Shown here in pieces: positions 19,457-27,630 of a stretch of 64,000 nt of DNA (positions are counted from its first letter, which is position 1; each line of letters opens with the position of its first letter). Location of the stretch: contig JBFHAT010000010.1 in the NCBI GenBank assembly GCA_041586155.1, positions 15,283 through 79,282 on the forward strand, written 5' to 3'. The notes under the pieces were generated by a model, which saw only the letters and a program-made list of their open reading frames with translations, had not been told where the DNA came from and searched no databases. The position numbers and the translations under genes were made by a program. This DNA comes from Acidimicrobiia bacterium (GTDB lineage: Bacteria; Actinomycetota; Acidimicrobiia; Spongiisociales; JAENVV01).

Positions 19457-19919
19457 GGTGCATGACGATCGAGCGTGCAGAGAATCCTCCGGCTTCGAAG
19501 AAGTTCTTCGCCAACCGGTGGCCGGGCAGCACGTGGGCGTCGAACCGGACGATGCCTTGGCGACGGAACGTCTCCAGCGCCAGGTCCCGCATCGCCTCTC
19601 CCACGCCGACGCCTCTGGCTTCGAGCTGAGTGAACACGTAACGGATCGAGCCGATGATCTCGCCCGTGAGGATCGTCTCTCGTCGTGCGAGGAGGAACCC
19701 GAGCGGCACCTCGGAGAGGGTCCCGAGAATGACGATGGTCGACGGGTCGCCGATGGCAGAAGCCAGCGAAACGTCGATCGGCTGGGGCAGACCGTCGGCT
19801 TTGGGCCACATCGGGTGGAGCTCCACCATCTCGGCCTCCAAGAGCCCGTACAGGCGCGTCAACTCATCGATGTCGCCGGCCGACGCGAACCGAGCGCCGA
19901 CGACCAATGCGTCGTTCAC
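19440..19919 (-). CDS. GNAT family N-acetyltransferase
   Basis: Acetyl-CoA motif ..QLEARGVGVGEAMRDLAL..; 159 aa. Confidence 0.8.
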   Translation of the reverse strand: MNDALVVGARFASAGDIDELTRLYGLLEAEMVELHPMWPKADGLPQPIDVSLASAIGDPSTIVILGTLSEVPLGFLLARRETILTGEIIGSIRYVFTQLEARGVGVGEAMRDLALETFRRQGIVRFDAHVLPGHRLAKNFFEAGGFSARSIVMHHDDER

Positions 19920-19935
19920 CTGGCGTGACGCCGCG

Positions 19936-20337
19936 TCATGAGGCGCAATCGAAACAGATGCGTTTCCGCTTGTTGGCCAGCTGCGACATCCGTTTGACCA
20001 GGAAACAGCTGTTGCAGACGAACTCGTCGGACCGCTGCTCCTCCGGCCCCTTGTTGAGCGACAGCTCCTCCCTGCGAATGGCCCGCAGCTCGGCGGCCTC
20101 GTCGACCATCAACTCGGTCTCTGCCTCTTCTTCGAGAAGCTCGAGCTCCTCCGCTTCGAGTTCTTCGAGCGCCTCGGCGTCGTCGGCCCCGGTTTCGTCG
20201 TCCTCGGCGTCGTCTTCCTCATCGTCGAGATCCTCTTCCTCGAGATCATCCTCTTCGAGGTCCTCGTCGTCGATTTCGACATCTTCGAGCTCGTCGTCGT
20301 CCAGGTCGTTCAGATCGACGTCGTCGTCCAGATCCAA
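19936..20337 (-). CDS. DUF4193-family protein with a hyper-acidic N-terminus
   Basis: C-terminal DEFVCNSCFLVKRMSQLANKRKRICFDC matches the DUF4193 signature as I remember it. The first ~75 residues are almost only D/E/L. The longest ORF starts with TTG at 20337. Confidence 0.75.
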   Translation of the reverse strand: MDLDDDVDLNDLDDDELEDVEIDDEDLEEDDLEEEDLDDEEDDAEDDETGADDAEALEELEAEELELLEEEAETELMVDEAAELRAIRREELSLNKGPEEQRSDEFVCNSCFLVKRMSQLANKRKRICFDCAS

Positions 20338-20463
20338 GTCTTCGTCGAGTTCGACGTCATCCAGATCTTCTTCGAGCGTTTCGTCAGCCGTAACCGAACC
20401 TCCATCGCGGGGCCGGGAGTATAGACACAGCGAGCGATAACGGGCAGGGAGGCCGAACGACGG

Positions 20464-21348
20464 CTACAAGCGGACCGCCAGTCGACCTTGTGCCAGTCGT
20501 GCATCCACCGGAGCCTCGCCGATCAGCTCACCGTCCGCCTCGATCGGCCACGGTCGATCGGCCTCCAGCCGGACCGTGGGAGTCGAGAGCCTCCGCACGG
20601 CTCGATGGCCCAGATGAAGACCCCGCTTGAGCTTCGGAAACAGCGCCGGCGCATCCCTCACTCGTGCGTCGATGAGTTGCACATCGAGCAAGCCATCCAT
20701 CGTGGCGGCACGAGGCGCGACGTTGAGCCCTCCCCCGAAGAACTGTCCGTTGGCCAGCACCACCGCGATGGCACGCGATTCGACAGTTCGCCGCGGGGTG
20801 ACGAGCCTCACCTGCGCAGCACGAAACAACGGCAACGTCGCCCAAAAGGCGATCTGGTATTTGGCAGCACCGAGCCCTCGTGGCAGCCGGTCCGCGGTGC
20901 GGACACACGCCGCAGCCAAACCGGCATCTGCGATGTTGAGAAACGCACGGGTTCCCCACGATCCCTCGAGCACGCCCAGGTCGATCGGATAGTCAGTGGA
21001 GTGGTTGAGGCGCTCGACGGAGGATTCGAGATCCTGAGGCAGCCCAAACGTTCTCGCAAAGTCGGAGCCTGTGCCGGCAGGGACGATCGAAATTGTCACG
21101 GGCTCGGTCGTGGAGGCGTGGATCGCGTCTGCCACCACGTTCAACGTCCCATCGCCCCCGACGGCGGCAATGTGGCGGACACCTTCGCTGAGCAACCCCT
21201 CTACCGCCCCGCGCATCTGCCCTTCCCCCACTGGCGCAGCCACCGATGCGCTCACCTTGTGATGGGCGAGGGCATCGATCACCCTCTGCTCGAGGTCGCT
21301 ACGGCCGCCCGCCGCCGGATTGACGAGCACTCCCCAATGCTCGGTCAT
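20464..21348 (-). CDS. diacylglycerol/lipid kinase family protein (YegS-like)
   Basis: ..HIAAVGGDGTLNVVADAI..; 294 aa; 4-nt overlap with helY. Confidence 0.88.
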   Translation of the reverse strand: MTEHWGVLVNPAAGGRSDLEQRVIDALAHHKVSASVAAPVGEGQMRGAVEGLLSEGVRHIAAVGGDGTLNVVADAIHASTTEPVTISIVPAGTGSDFARTFGLPQDLESSVERLNHSTDYPIDLGVLEGSWGTRAFLNIADAGLAAACVRTADRLPRGLGAAKYQIAFWATLPLFRAAQVRLVTPRRTVESRAIAVVLANGQFFGGGLNVAPRAATMDGLLDVQLIDARVRDAPALFPKLKRGLHLGHRAVRRLSTPTVRLEADRPWPIEADGELIGEAPVDARLAQGRLAVRL

Positions 21349-23825
21349 CCGATGCCGCCGGCCGCCACTACGCCCCGATCGACCCTGCGCATCGCCTCGT
21401 CGGCAGTGTCGGCCAGTTGCGGCGCGGCGTCCCGAATCTGTCGGAGCACGTCGAGGAGCTGGCGGCTCACCCGGACGAAGTCGCCCGGCGCCATCATGGT
21501 CTCCTCGAGGATCTCTTCGAGGTTGAAACCCTGCGCCCAGTGATAGGCGAGCTCGGCGAATCCGAAGTCAGGACGTCGAGTGGGGCTCAACCCGCGCTGC
21601 GTTTCGTCGGAGACGAGCTCTTCCCACATCGCCGTGATCGAGGCGGCGGTGGGCGCCAGCCCCATAGGGGGAGGCGTTTCGTCGGATTCCAGACGAGACT
21701 CGTACACGAACCCCGACACGGCGGCAGCGAGGTCGGGCGCCGCCAGTGCATCGAGATGTCCTGCCAGCATCGTTTCGGCGATGAGCAGATCCTGTTCGGA
21801 ATAGAGGTAGCGCAGGCGCTCGCCGGGCGGCCTCAGCCTCCAGCCCTCGGTGTAGCCCCGCTCCTCCAACACGGCCAGGACGGCTCGGAACTCGTCGACC
21901 AGACCGACGCCAGAGTCTGCCACTCTCACCGACCGTTCGAGCCGGCGTGCCTTGCGGACCATCCGCATATGGTCGTAGACGTCGGGGCACCCGGCGACTG
22001 GATGGTCGACGCCACCGGCATCGGGCTGGCCGTGGAACGTTCGGAGTCTCTGTACGAGCCGCTGTTGTCCCCGTCTGTCCCGAGGGTTGAGGTTCTTGGG
22101 CATGGCGATCCGGCCCAGATGCTGGGCGGCGGCCATCTCATCGATGGTGAAACGCCGAACCTTCCCGGCGGTGGAGAGCATCGCAACCGGCGACGGCGCG
22201 CTGGGGTGGACCTGGATGACGAGATACCTGGCGGGGGCTCGGCCTCCGCTCAACTCCATCACGTCGCCCGGAGCCACGTCTTCGACCAGCTCACGTCCGA
22301 CTCGGTCGACGATCTCTGCATACGCCCATATGTCTCCCCGCTCGCATTCGGCTTGAGCCTTGACCGCTGCCAGCTCGCTGAGACGGTCGTTTCGCCGTCG
22401 CACAGCACGATTCACCTCAGCGTCCCTCTGGAATTCGGCGAACGAGGCCCGCAAGAGATCCTCAGCCAGTTCGCGCTCGTAGTTGGCGATGAGGTTGACC
22501 GCCATGTTGTAGGTCGGCTTGAAACTCGATTCCAGTCGGGAAGATCCGGCAGCGGCGACGGCAGCAAGCCGCTCGAATTTGGTCCATTTGGAATGCAGCG
22601 ATACCCCGTAGCCGACCACGTCGATCCCCCTACGGCCGGCTCGCCCCGTGAGCTGGGTGTAGTCGGATGGACCGAGCAGCACATGGGACTCGCCGTCGAA
22701 TTTGCTCATCGAATCGAGGACCACCGATCGGGCCGGCATGTTGATGCCGAGCGCCAGCGTTTCCGTCGCGAACACCACTTTGAGCAGGCCTCGTTCGAAC
22801 AGCTCCTCCACGGTTTCCTTGAACGCCGGCACCATCCCGGCGTGGTGAGGCGCTACGCCTGCTTCCAGGTCGGACAGCCATTCACCGAATTGCAGGATCG
22901 ACAAGTCGTCAGCTGGAAGATGATCGGTCCGCTCGAGCGCGATCCTCCTGATCTCGGATCGTTCCTCGCGAGACGTCAGCCGCAGCCCGGGTGTAGCCGC
23001 CACCCGCCGGGTGGCGGCTTCGCATCCCGCTCGCGAGAAGATGAAGTAGATCGCAGGCAGCATGCCCTCACTCGCCAGCGTCTCCACCACCTCGGGTCGG
23101 CGAGGCGTGGCGAAGCGTTTACGCCGGCCGGTCTTTGAGGCGAGCAGCCGCAGGACTCTGCGATTGGGTCGAGTCTGAGTGCCGTGCTGCTCGAACATGT
23201 CGAACATCAGGGTCTCCCCCTGCCACAGGTCGGTCACCATGAACTTCGGCTGAAGCGGCACAGGCCGGTGTGACTCGAGCACGAGTGACGTCGGACCCCG
23301 CCGCATCTGCACCCAGTGGGTGAATTCTTCAGGGTTGGCGATCGTGGCCGACAGACACACGAGCTGCACTTTCTCGGGAGCGTGGATGATGACTTCCTCC
23401 CACACCGATCCTCGGATGCGGTCGGCGAGATAATGCACCTCGTCGAGAACGGCGATTCGGAGGTTGTTCAGCGCCGACGACTGCGCGTAGATCATGTTCC
23501 GCAAGACCTCGGTGGTCATGACAACGATCGGAGCGTCCCCGTTGATCGAGTTGTCGCCGGTGAGCAAGCCAACATCGTGTTCGCCGTAGATGTCTACGAA
23601 GTCCTGGTACTTCTGGTTGGAGAGCGCCTTGATCGGTGTGGTGTAGAACGCCCGCTCGCCGGCGGCATGGGCGAGCGCGACCGCAAACTCTGCAATCAGG
23701 GTCTTGCCTGCCCCCGTGGGCGCCGTGACGACGACCGTCTCGCCCCGGGCGATCAGCTCGGCGGCTTCGCGCTGAAACGCATCGGCCTCGTACGGGAGCG
23801 CCGCGAAGTATTCGTCGACGGTCAC
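21345..23825 (-). CDS. helY: Ski2-like DEAD/DEAH-box RNA helicase HelY
   Basis: VVVTAPTGAGKTLIAE, DEVHYL, LSATI, ..TETLALGINMPAR..; 826 aa; conserved position next to tatC. Confidence 0.93.
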   Translation of the reverse strand: MTVDEYFAALPYEADAFQREAAELIARGETVVVTAPTGAGKTLIAEFAVALAHAAGERAFYTTPIKALSNQKYQDFVDIYGEHDVGLLTGDNSINGDAPIVVMTTEVLRNMIYAQSSALNNLRIAVLDEVHYLADRIRGSVWEEVIIHAPEKVQLVCLSATIANPEEFTHWVQMRRGPTSLVLESHRPVPLQPKFMVTDLWQGETLMFDMFEQHGTQTRPNRRVLRLLASKTGRRKRFATPRRPEVVETLASEGMLPAIYFIFSRAGCEAATRRVAATPGLRLTSREERSEIRRIALERTDHLPADDLSILQFGEWLSDLEAGVAPHHAGMVPAFKETVEELFERGLLKVVFATETLALGINMPARSVVLDSMSKFDGESHVLLGPSDYTQLTGRAGRRGIDVVGYGVSLHSKWTKFERLAAVAAAGSSRLESSFKPTYNMAVNLIANYERELAEDLLRASFAEFQRDAEVNRAVRRRNDRLSELAAVKAQAECERGDIWAYAEIVDRVGRELVEDVAPGDVMELSGGRAPARYLVIQVHPSAPSPVAMLSTAGKVRRFTIDEMAAAQHLGRIAMPKNLNPRDRRGQQRLVQRLRTFHGQPDAGGVDHPVAGCPDVYDHMRMVRKARRLERSVRVADSGVGLVDEFRAVLAVLEERGYTEGWRLRPPGERLRYLYSEQDLLIAETMLAGHLDALAAPDLAAAVSGFVYESRLESDETPPPMGLAPTAASITAMWEELVSDETQRGLSPTRRPDFGFAELAYHWAQGFNLEEILEETMMAPGDFVRVSRQLLDVLRQIRDAAPQLADTADEAMRRVDRGVVAAGGIG

Positions 23826-24538
23826 TTGCGCAAGAGATACCGTATGAGGAGGAGGGTCACCTCGTACAGGAGGTACAGCGGGACCGACAGGAACAGCATG
23901 GTGAAGGGGTCACCCGTGGGGGTGGCCATCGCGGCGATGATTGCGATGACGAGCACTGCCCAACGGCGGCCTCGAGCGAGTTGCTCGGATTTGACCAGAC
24001 CGAGCGCCCCCGCCGTGAACAGTACGACCGGGAACTCGAAGCTCAGCCCGAATACGAGCAGGAATCGGATGGCGAAGTTCAGGTACTCGGACACGGTGGT
24101 CCCTTGACCGACGTCGAGCGTGTCCTGCAGGAAGAGCAGACCCCGGGGGAGAATGTAGTAGGCGAACCCCACACCCACGAGGAACAGGCTCACGGTGGCC
24201 GCCACGATGGGCACCACCCATCGGCGCTCTTTCTTCGTCAGCGCCGGCGACACGAAGGCCCACGCCTGCCATGTGATGGGCACCGATGCGAACACGAAGC
24301 CGCCGAACAGAGCAAGGCGCATCGCGGATGAGAAGGCTTCGGCCGGCCTGATGGTCACCAACTCGGCGTCGGGGAAGGCCACTTCGAATGGACGGGTGAT
24401 CCAAGCGAAGATTGGATCACGCAGCAGATAGGCCAGGATGGCGCCACCCACCAGGGCTGCCGACCCCTTCACGAGGCGCCAGCGAAGCTCTTCGAGATGC
24501 TCGAGCAGCGGCGCTCGGCCATCCTGTTTGATCATCAC
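23822..24538 (-). CDS. tatC: twin-arginine translocase subunit TatC
   Basis: ..LEHLEELRWRLVK.. and six predicted TM helices; 238 aa. Confidence 0.94.
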   Translation of the reverse strand: MMIKQDGRAPLLEHLEELRWRLVKGSAALVGGAILAYLLRDPIFAWITRPFEVAFPDAELVTIRPAEAFSSAMRLALFGGFVFASVPITWQAWAFVSPALTKKERRWVVPIVAATVSLFLVGVGFAYYILPRGLLFLQDTLDVGQGTTVSEYLNFAIRFLLVFGLSFEFPVVLFTAGALGLVKSEQLARGRRWAVLVIAIIAAMATPTGDPFTMLFLSVPLYLLYEVTLLLIRYLLRK

Positions 24539-24975
24539 CCGTCGCTCTCGTCGAGGAGATCCTCCCCGGCTTCGATGCGGTGGAGGTCATCGGCGGCGTC
24601 ACTCGGTTTGGGGCCCCGTTCGGTGACCGGCCCGGACCAGGTCAGCCCGCTCCGCAGGTCCTGGCCGGTGGACTTGAGGTCGTCGCCGATTCCGCTCAGT
24701 GGCTTGGAGATGTCGTCTTGTGCCGACTTGAGGTCGTCGCGGATCTCTCCCAACGGTCCGGCAATGTCGTCCTTGAGCTCCTTGAGGGGCTCTTCGATCG
24801 CCGCGACCTCTCGTTCGATACCCTGCCGAAAATCGAGGGCGACTGCTCTGATCTCACGCGAGATCTCGCCGATTCGGCGAGCCAGCTTGGGCAGGCGTTG
24901 AGGCCCGACAACGACCAGTGCGATGATGAACAGCATGACCATCTCGCCGCCGTTGATCCCGAAAAAGCCATCCAT
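24535..24975 (-). CDS. tatB: Sec-independent translocase, TatA/B family (TatB-like)
   Basis: N-terminus MDGFFGINGGEMVMLFIIALVVVGPQRLPKLARRIG carries the GPQRLP hinge typical of TatB. The long acidic tail has three PL-x3-x-DD(I/L) repeats. Confidence 0.85.
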   Translation of the reverse strand: MDGFFGINGGEMVMLFIIALVVVGPQRLPKLARRIGEISREIRAVALDFRQGIEREVAAIEEPLKELKDDIAGPLGEIRDDLKSAQDDISKPLSGIGDDLKSTGQDLRSGLTWSGPVTERGPKPSDAADDLHRIEAGEDLLDESDG

Positions 24976-25029
24976 CCCCGTCCATGGTAGATGGAGCGGG
25001 GATGGATGAGGAGGTCGTGGGAATCTTGG

Positions 25030-25356
25030 TCAGGAGGCGAGCAAACGGACCGGATCCATCTCTCGCTCGAGCGCGATCGCGAACTCTTCGATCTCTTGCT
25101 CGGTGATCGGTGAGTTGTTCACGATCTGGTAGCGCACTCCCGTCGCCAGCAGCACGTTCACCACTCTGCTGTTTGCCGGTCGACGCTGCATGGTGAAGCA
25201 GCTCGGGCAAATGAAGCGGTAGGTGCCGCTGTCTCCGCTGATGTCGAGCTCTAGGTCCAAGTCGTTGGGTCCTAGCTCGACATCTCCGCACGCAGCGCAC
25301 GTGGTCTTGATGGTGGTCATCGTGGGTATCTCCGCAAACCGTTCTTCTTGGATCAT
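25030..25356 (-). CDS. hypothetical zinc-ribbon protein (CxxC...CxxC)
   Basis: ..TTCAACGDVELGPNDLDLELDISGDSGTYRFICPSCFTMQRR.. followed by an acidic helical tail. A GGAG lies about 10 nt before the internal Met13 ATG at 25320, so the start may be 25320. No family recognised. Confidence 0.55.
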   Translation of the reverse strand: MIQEERFAEIPTMTTIKTTCAACGDVELGPNDLDLELDISGDSGTYRFICPSCFTMQRRPANSRVVNVLLATGVRYQIVNNSPITEQEIEEFAIALEREMDPVRLLAS

Positions 25357-25398
25357 GTATCGGTCGGAGGACCAGAAAGCTGTAGAAGTTCTGCGTGC

Positions 25399-26310
25399 TC
25401 ACTCGTAGCGCTGCAGAATCGCCTTTCTCAGGCGCGCCACGGCGGCGGCGACTTCCTCACCCTGCTGCAGCTGGGCATCGGCGCCCAGCCTGAGGAGAAG
25501 CCGGGCGATGACCATCTCGTCGGGGGCTGAGAACCGAATGGTGCCATCGTTGTCGATCTCCTCGACCGGGTAGTAGTCAGACACCCATCGGGCCTTTTCG
25601 CCTAGCCGTATGACGGCTTGAACGTCGTCTGGCGAGGGTGTATAGCGAACGTGTGGCTGGACCGCCTCAGGCGGGTCGAACGTCTCTTCGCGCATCGTGG
25701 CCTGCCTGATCCGGTCTACTCGGAACACACGCTCGTCACCGGCCCTGCGGCAGTGCGCGGTGAGATACCAGTTACCCATCGAGGAGAACACTGCGGCAGG
25801 TTCGACGGCCCGTTCGGTCGTCTCGTCGGTGGACAGGGCGGTGTAGACGAGATCCACGACATTGCCGTCCCTCGCCGCCCGCCGGAGGAGGTCGACGATC
25901 TGGGGGGCGGCGCCCAGCTCCACGGAGAGAGCGTCGTCCACGTCGGGCAGCAAAGCCCGGCTGAGCTTCTCCACGGCACGTTCGAGCGCCGGCGGGGCCT
26001 GGCCGACGCTGGTCAGCGCCATTCCCGCCGCAAGCAGCCCGAGCGCTTCCGCGGGGTTCAGCCGCAGCGGCCGGCTGAAGTACTCGGCCATGTCGACCAC
26101 CACCTCGTCGTCTTCGACGTAGGCGACCATGAGCTCTCCGGGGCCGTAGCCGGGCAGACCGCACACGAACACCAGATCCAGGTCGGCGATCAGCTGCGCT
26201 CTGCTGTACCCGAACCGCTCGCAGACCTCGTCGACCGTCGCACCCGGATTGGCGATGACATACGGAATCATCGACAGGATGCGCGTGAGACGCTCGGCGG
26301 TGCGGCTCAC
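25399..26310 (-). CDS. pafC: WYL-domain transcriptional regulator PafC
   Basis: GTG 26310 overlaps the pafB stop as GTGA. VSRTAERLTRILSMIPYVIANPG.. (HTH), ..GNWYLTAHCRRAGDERVFRVDRI.. (WYL). The track ORF is over-extended to 26502. Confidence 0.9.
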   Translation of the reverse strand: MSRTAERLTRILSMIPYVIANPGATVDEVCERFGYSRAQLIADLDLVFVCGLPGYGPGELMVAYVEDDEVVVDMAEYFSRPLRLNPAEALGLLAAGMALTSVGQAPPALERAVEKLSRALLPDVDDALSVELGAAPQIVDLLRRAARDGNVVDLVYTALSTDETTERAVEPAAVFSSMGNWYLTAHCRRAGDERVFRVDRIRQATMREETFDPPEAVQPHVRYTPSPDDVQAVIRLGEKARWVSDYYPVEEIDNDGTIRFSAPDEMVIARLLLRLGADAQLQQGEEVAAAVARLRKAILQRYE

Positions 26311-27236
26311 GTTGCGCCCGCCTTCACCCGCTCGACGAGTGCAGCTCGCAGTGACGGCGGCGCCACGATTTCTGCCTTCTCGCCGAAGGTGAGGACCCAC
26401 CCGATGAGGGCGTCCGGGTTGGCCACGTCGAGGGTGGCGACCAGGGACCCGTCGTCTTGCTCCTGCACGTGAGCCGAGGCGGGGAGCTGGCGCCGTGCCC
26501 ACCAGGAGACGTCGGCGTCGAATGCGACCACTCCTTCGAGCGCTTCGCTGCCGCTCTCCCAGGGGGCGCTGGGAATGGCTTCGCGGACGGAGAACCCCGC
26601 AGGGCGCTCGAACGCGTCGGCTTCGCCTTCCGCTTCGAAACGGACGCCCCTGTCGACCCGGTACGCACGCATCTCTCGTTCGGGTAGCTGCTCCCCCACC
26701 ACGTACCAGTGGCCCCGTTGATGACGCAAGCCCAGCGGGTTGACCCGACGCTTCCTCTCTCGATAGTCGAACGTGAGACGTCGCCGCTCCGAGATGGCGC
26801 TGAAGATGGTCGCCAGGTCATCGGCGGCCAGCCCGAGGTCGGCGGCCAGCGGTTCGCCCGCTCCGGCCAGGGGCCCACCGCCGAGCTTGAACAGAGCACT
26901 GTGCCCGGTACCTTCGCCCCCCACCCGTACCACCTGGCTCGCCAGCCACAGCGCGGCTCGTTCTTCGTCGGTCAGACCCAGGTCGGGCAGCTCGTACCGG
27001 TCGGGATCGACCACGTAACCCTGTTCCACTTCCCAGGCGTCGGTGAAGGTGAGCTCGAGGGGGATGCCCATCGACCGGAGGAGGTCCTTGTCGCGCTCGA
27101 ACATGCGGTGAAACGCCTCGTCGTTGTCGGGGTCATATCCGGCCACGGTGATCCTGATCTCGTCGGCGGTGACAGGTCGACCCGCGGTCAGCAGAAACGC
27201 GAGCAGGTTCATGATCCGCTCGATGACGTTCTTCAT
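26307..27236 (-). CDS. pafB: WYL-domain transcriptional regulator PafB
   Basis: MKNVIERIMNLLAFLLTAGRPVTADEI.. (HTH), ..GHWYVVGEQLPEREMRAYRVDR.. (WYL). The track ORF extends to 27371 through the repeat region, which is not PafB-like. Confidence 0.9.
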   Translation of the reverse strand: MKNVIERIMNLLAFLLTAGRPVTADEIRITVAGYDPDNDEAFHRMFERDKDLLRSMGIPLELTFTDAWEVEQGYVVDPDRYELPDLGLTDEERAALWLASQVVRVGGEGTGHSALFKLGGGPLAGAGEPLAADLGLAADDLATIFSAISERRRLTFDYRERKRRVNPLGLRHQRGHWYVVGEQLPEREMRAYRVDRGVRFEAEGEADAFERPAGFSVREAIPSAPWESGSEALEGVVAFDADVSWWARRQLPASAHVQEQDDGSLVATLDVANPDALIGWVLTFGEKAEIVAPPSLRAALVERVKAGAT

Positions 27237-27243
27237 GAATCCC

Positions 27244-27269
27244 AATGTAAAAGCCCCAAGCCCCGACAG
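27244..27269 (-). promoter_or_regulatory. candidate leaderless pafBC promoter: TACATT -10 element 7 nt before the ATG, with an upstream CTGTCGGGG box at non-canonical 11-nt spacing
   Basis: Minus strand reads CTGTCGGGG-cttggggcttt-TACATT-gggattc-ATG. The TGTCGGGG 8-mer is identical to the one in the uvrB promoter. Confidence 0.35.
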
Positions 27270-27342
27270 GAAGCACCGAAGGGGAGCTGTACCCGCCACG
27301 GCGCCGACGCTCCAACCGAACACCCACGAGAGTCGACAGCCG

Positions 27343-27462
27343 TGGGGGTGCTCGAGGGGGCGGCAACCCACCTAGTGGCGGCCAGCCCGGTTGGGGGTGC
27401 CCGAGAAGGCGGCAACCCCCCTAACGGCGGCCAGCGCGGTTGGGGGTGCTCGAGGGGGCGGA
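27343..27462. repeat. 49-bp tandem repeat, about 2.4 copies (units start at 27343, 27392, 27441)
   Basis: Unit A is tgggggtgctcgagggggcggcaacccacctagtggcggccagcccggt. Unit B is tgggggtgcccgagaaggcggcaacccccctaacggcggccagcgcggt (7 mismatches in 49). Unit C matches the first ~21 nt. Confidence 0.85.
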
Positions 27463-27512
27463 TCCGCCGGCCCCCTCGACCGTGACGGCGGCGACCTGCG
27501 CGTCGCCGTCAC
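27450..27512. other. two strong hairpins
   Basis: First: TCGAGGGGGC-ggatccgccg-GCCCCCTCGA at 27450-27479 (10-bp stem). Second: GTGACGGCG..CGCCGTCAC at 27482-27512 (9-bp stem). Both read directly from the sequence. Confidence 0.7.
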
Positions 27513-27520
27513 AAGACGAG

Positions 27521-27598
27521 CGCGGCCGAGAGGCCGCACCACCAGAACTCGACCCGAGCCTGCGAGGGTCGGAGACCGCCGCGGCCGAGAGGCCGCAC
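27521..27598. repeat. 19-bp direct repeat cgcggccgagaggccgcac (27521-27539 and 27580-27598); each copy forms a GCGGCC-gaga-GGCCGC hairpin
   Basis: Exact 19-nt match 59 nt apart; 6-bp GC stem with a GAGA tetraloop. Confidence 0.8.
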
Positions 27599-27605
27599 TA
27601 TCAAC

Positions 27606-27629
27606 TCGGGCGAATCCCGATTCGCCCGA
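27606..27629 (-). terminator. candidate intrinsic terminator of pafA
   Basis: Perfect inverted repeat TCGGGCGAATC-cc-GATTCGCCCGA begins 1 nt after the pafA TAG stop. It is followed on the minus strand by GTTGATAGTG, only a weak U tract. Confidence 0.55.
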
Positions 27630-27630
27630 C

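Noticed and set aside
20310-20504. 64-aa ORF overlapping the DUF4193 start region, including the inner 31-aa MEVRLRLTKRSKK.. ORF
   Set aside because: It is out of frame with the acidic gene and basic only because it reads the GA-rich acidic codons in another frame. It has no SD and no support.
21417-23138. 573-aa plus-strand ORF
   Set aside because: It lies antisense to helY, which has all the helicase motifs. Shadow ORF.
27343-27598. Possible CRISPR array
   Set aside because: There are only about 2.4 directly abutting 49-bp units with no unique spacers, plus one 19-nt repeat pair. No cas genes are in the window. It is a tandem repeat, not a CRISPR array.
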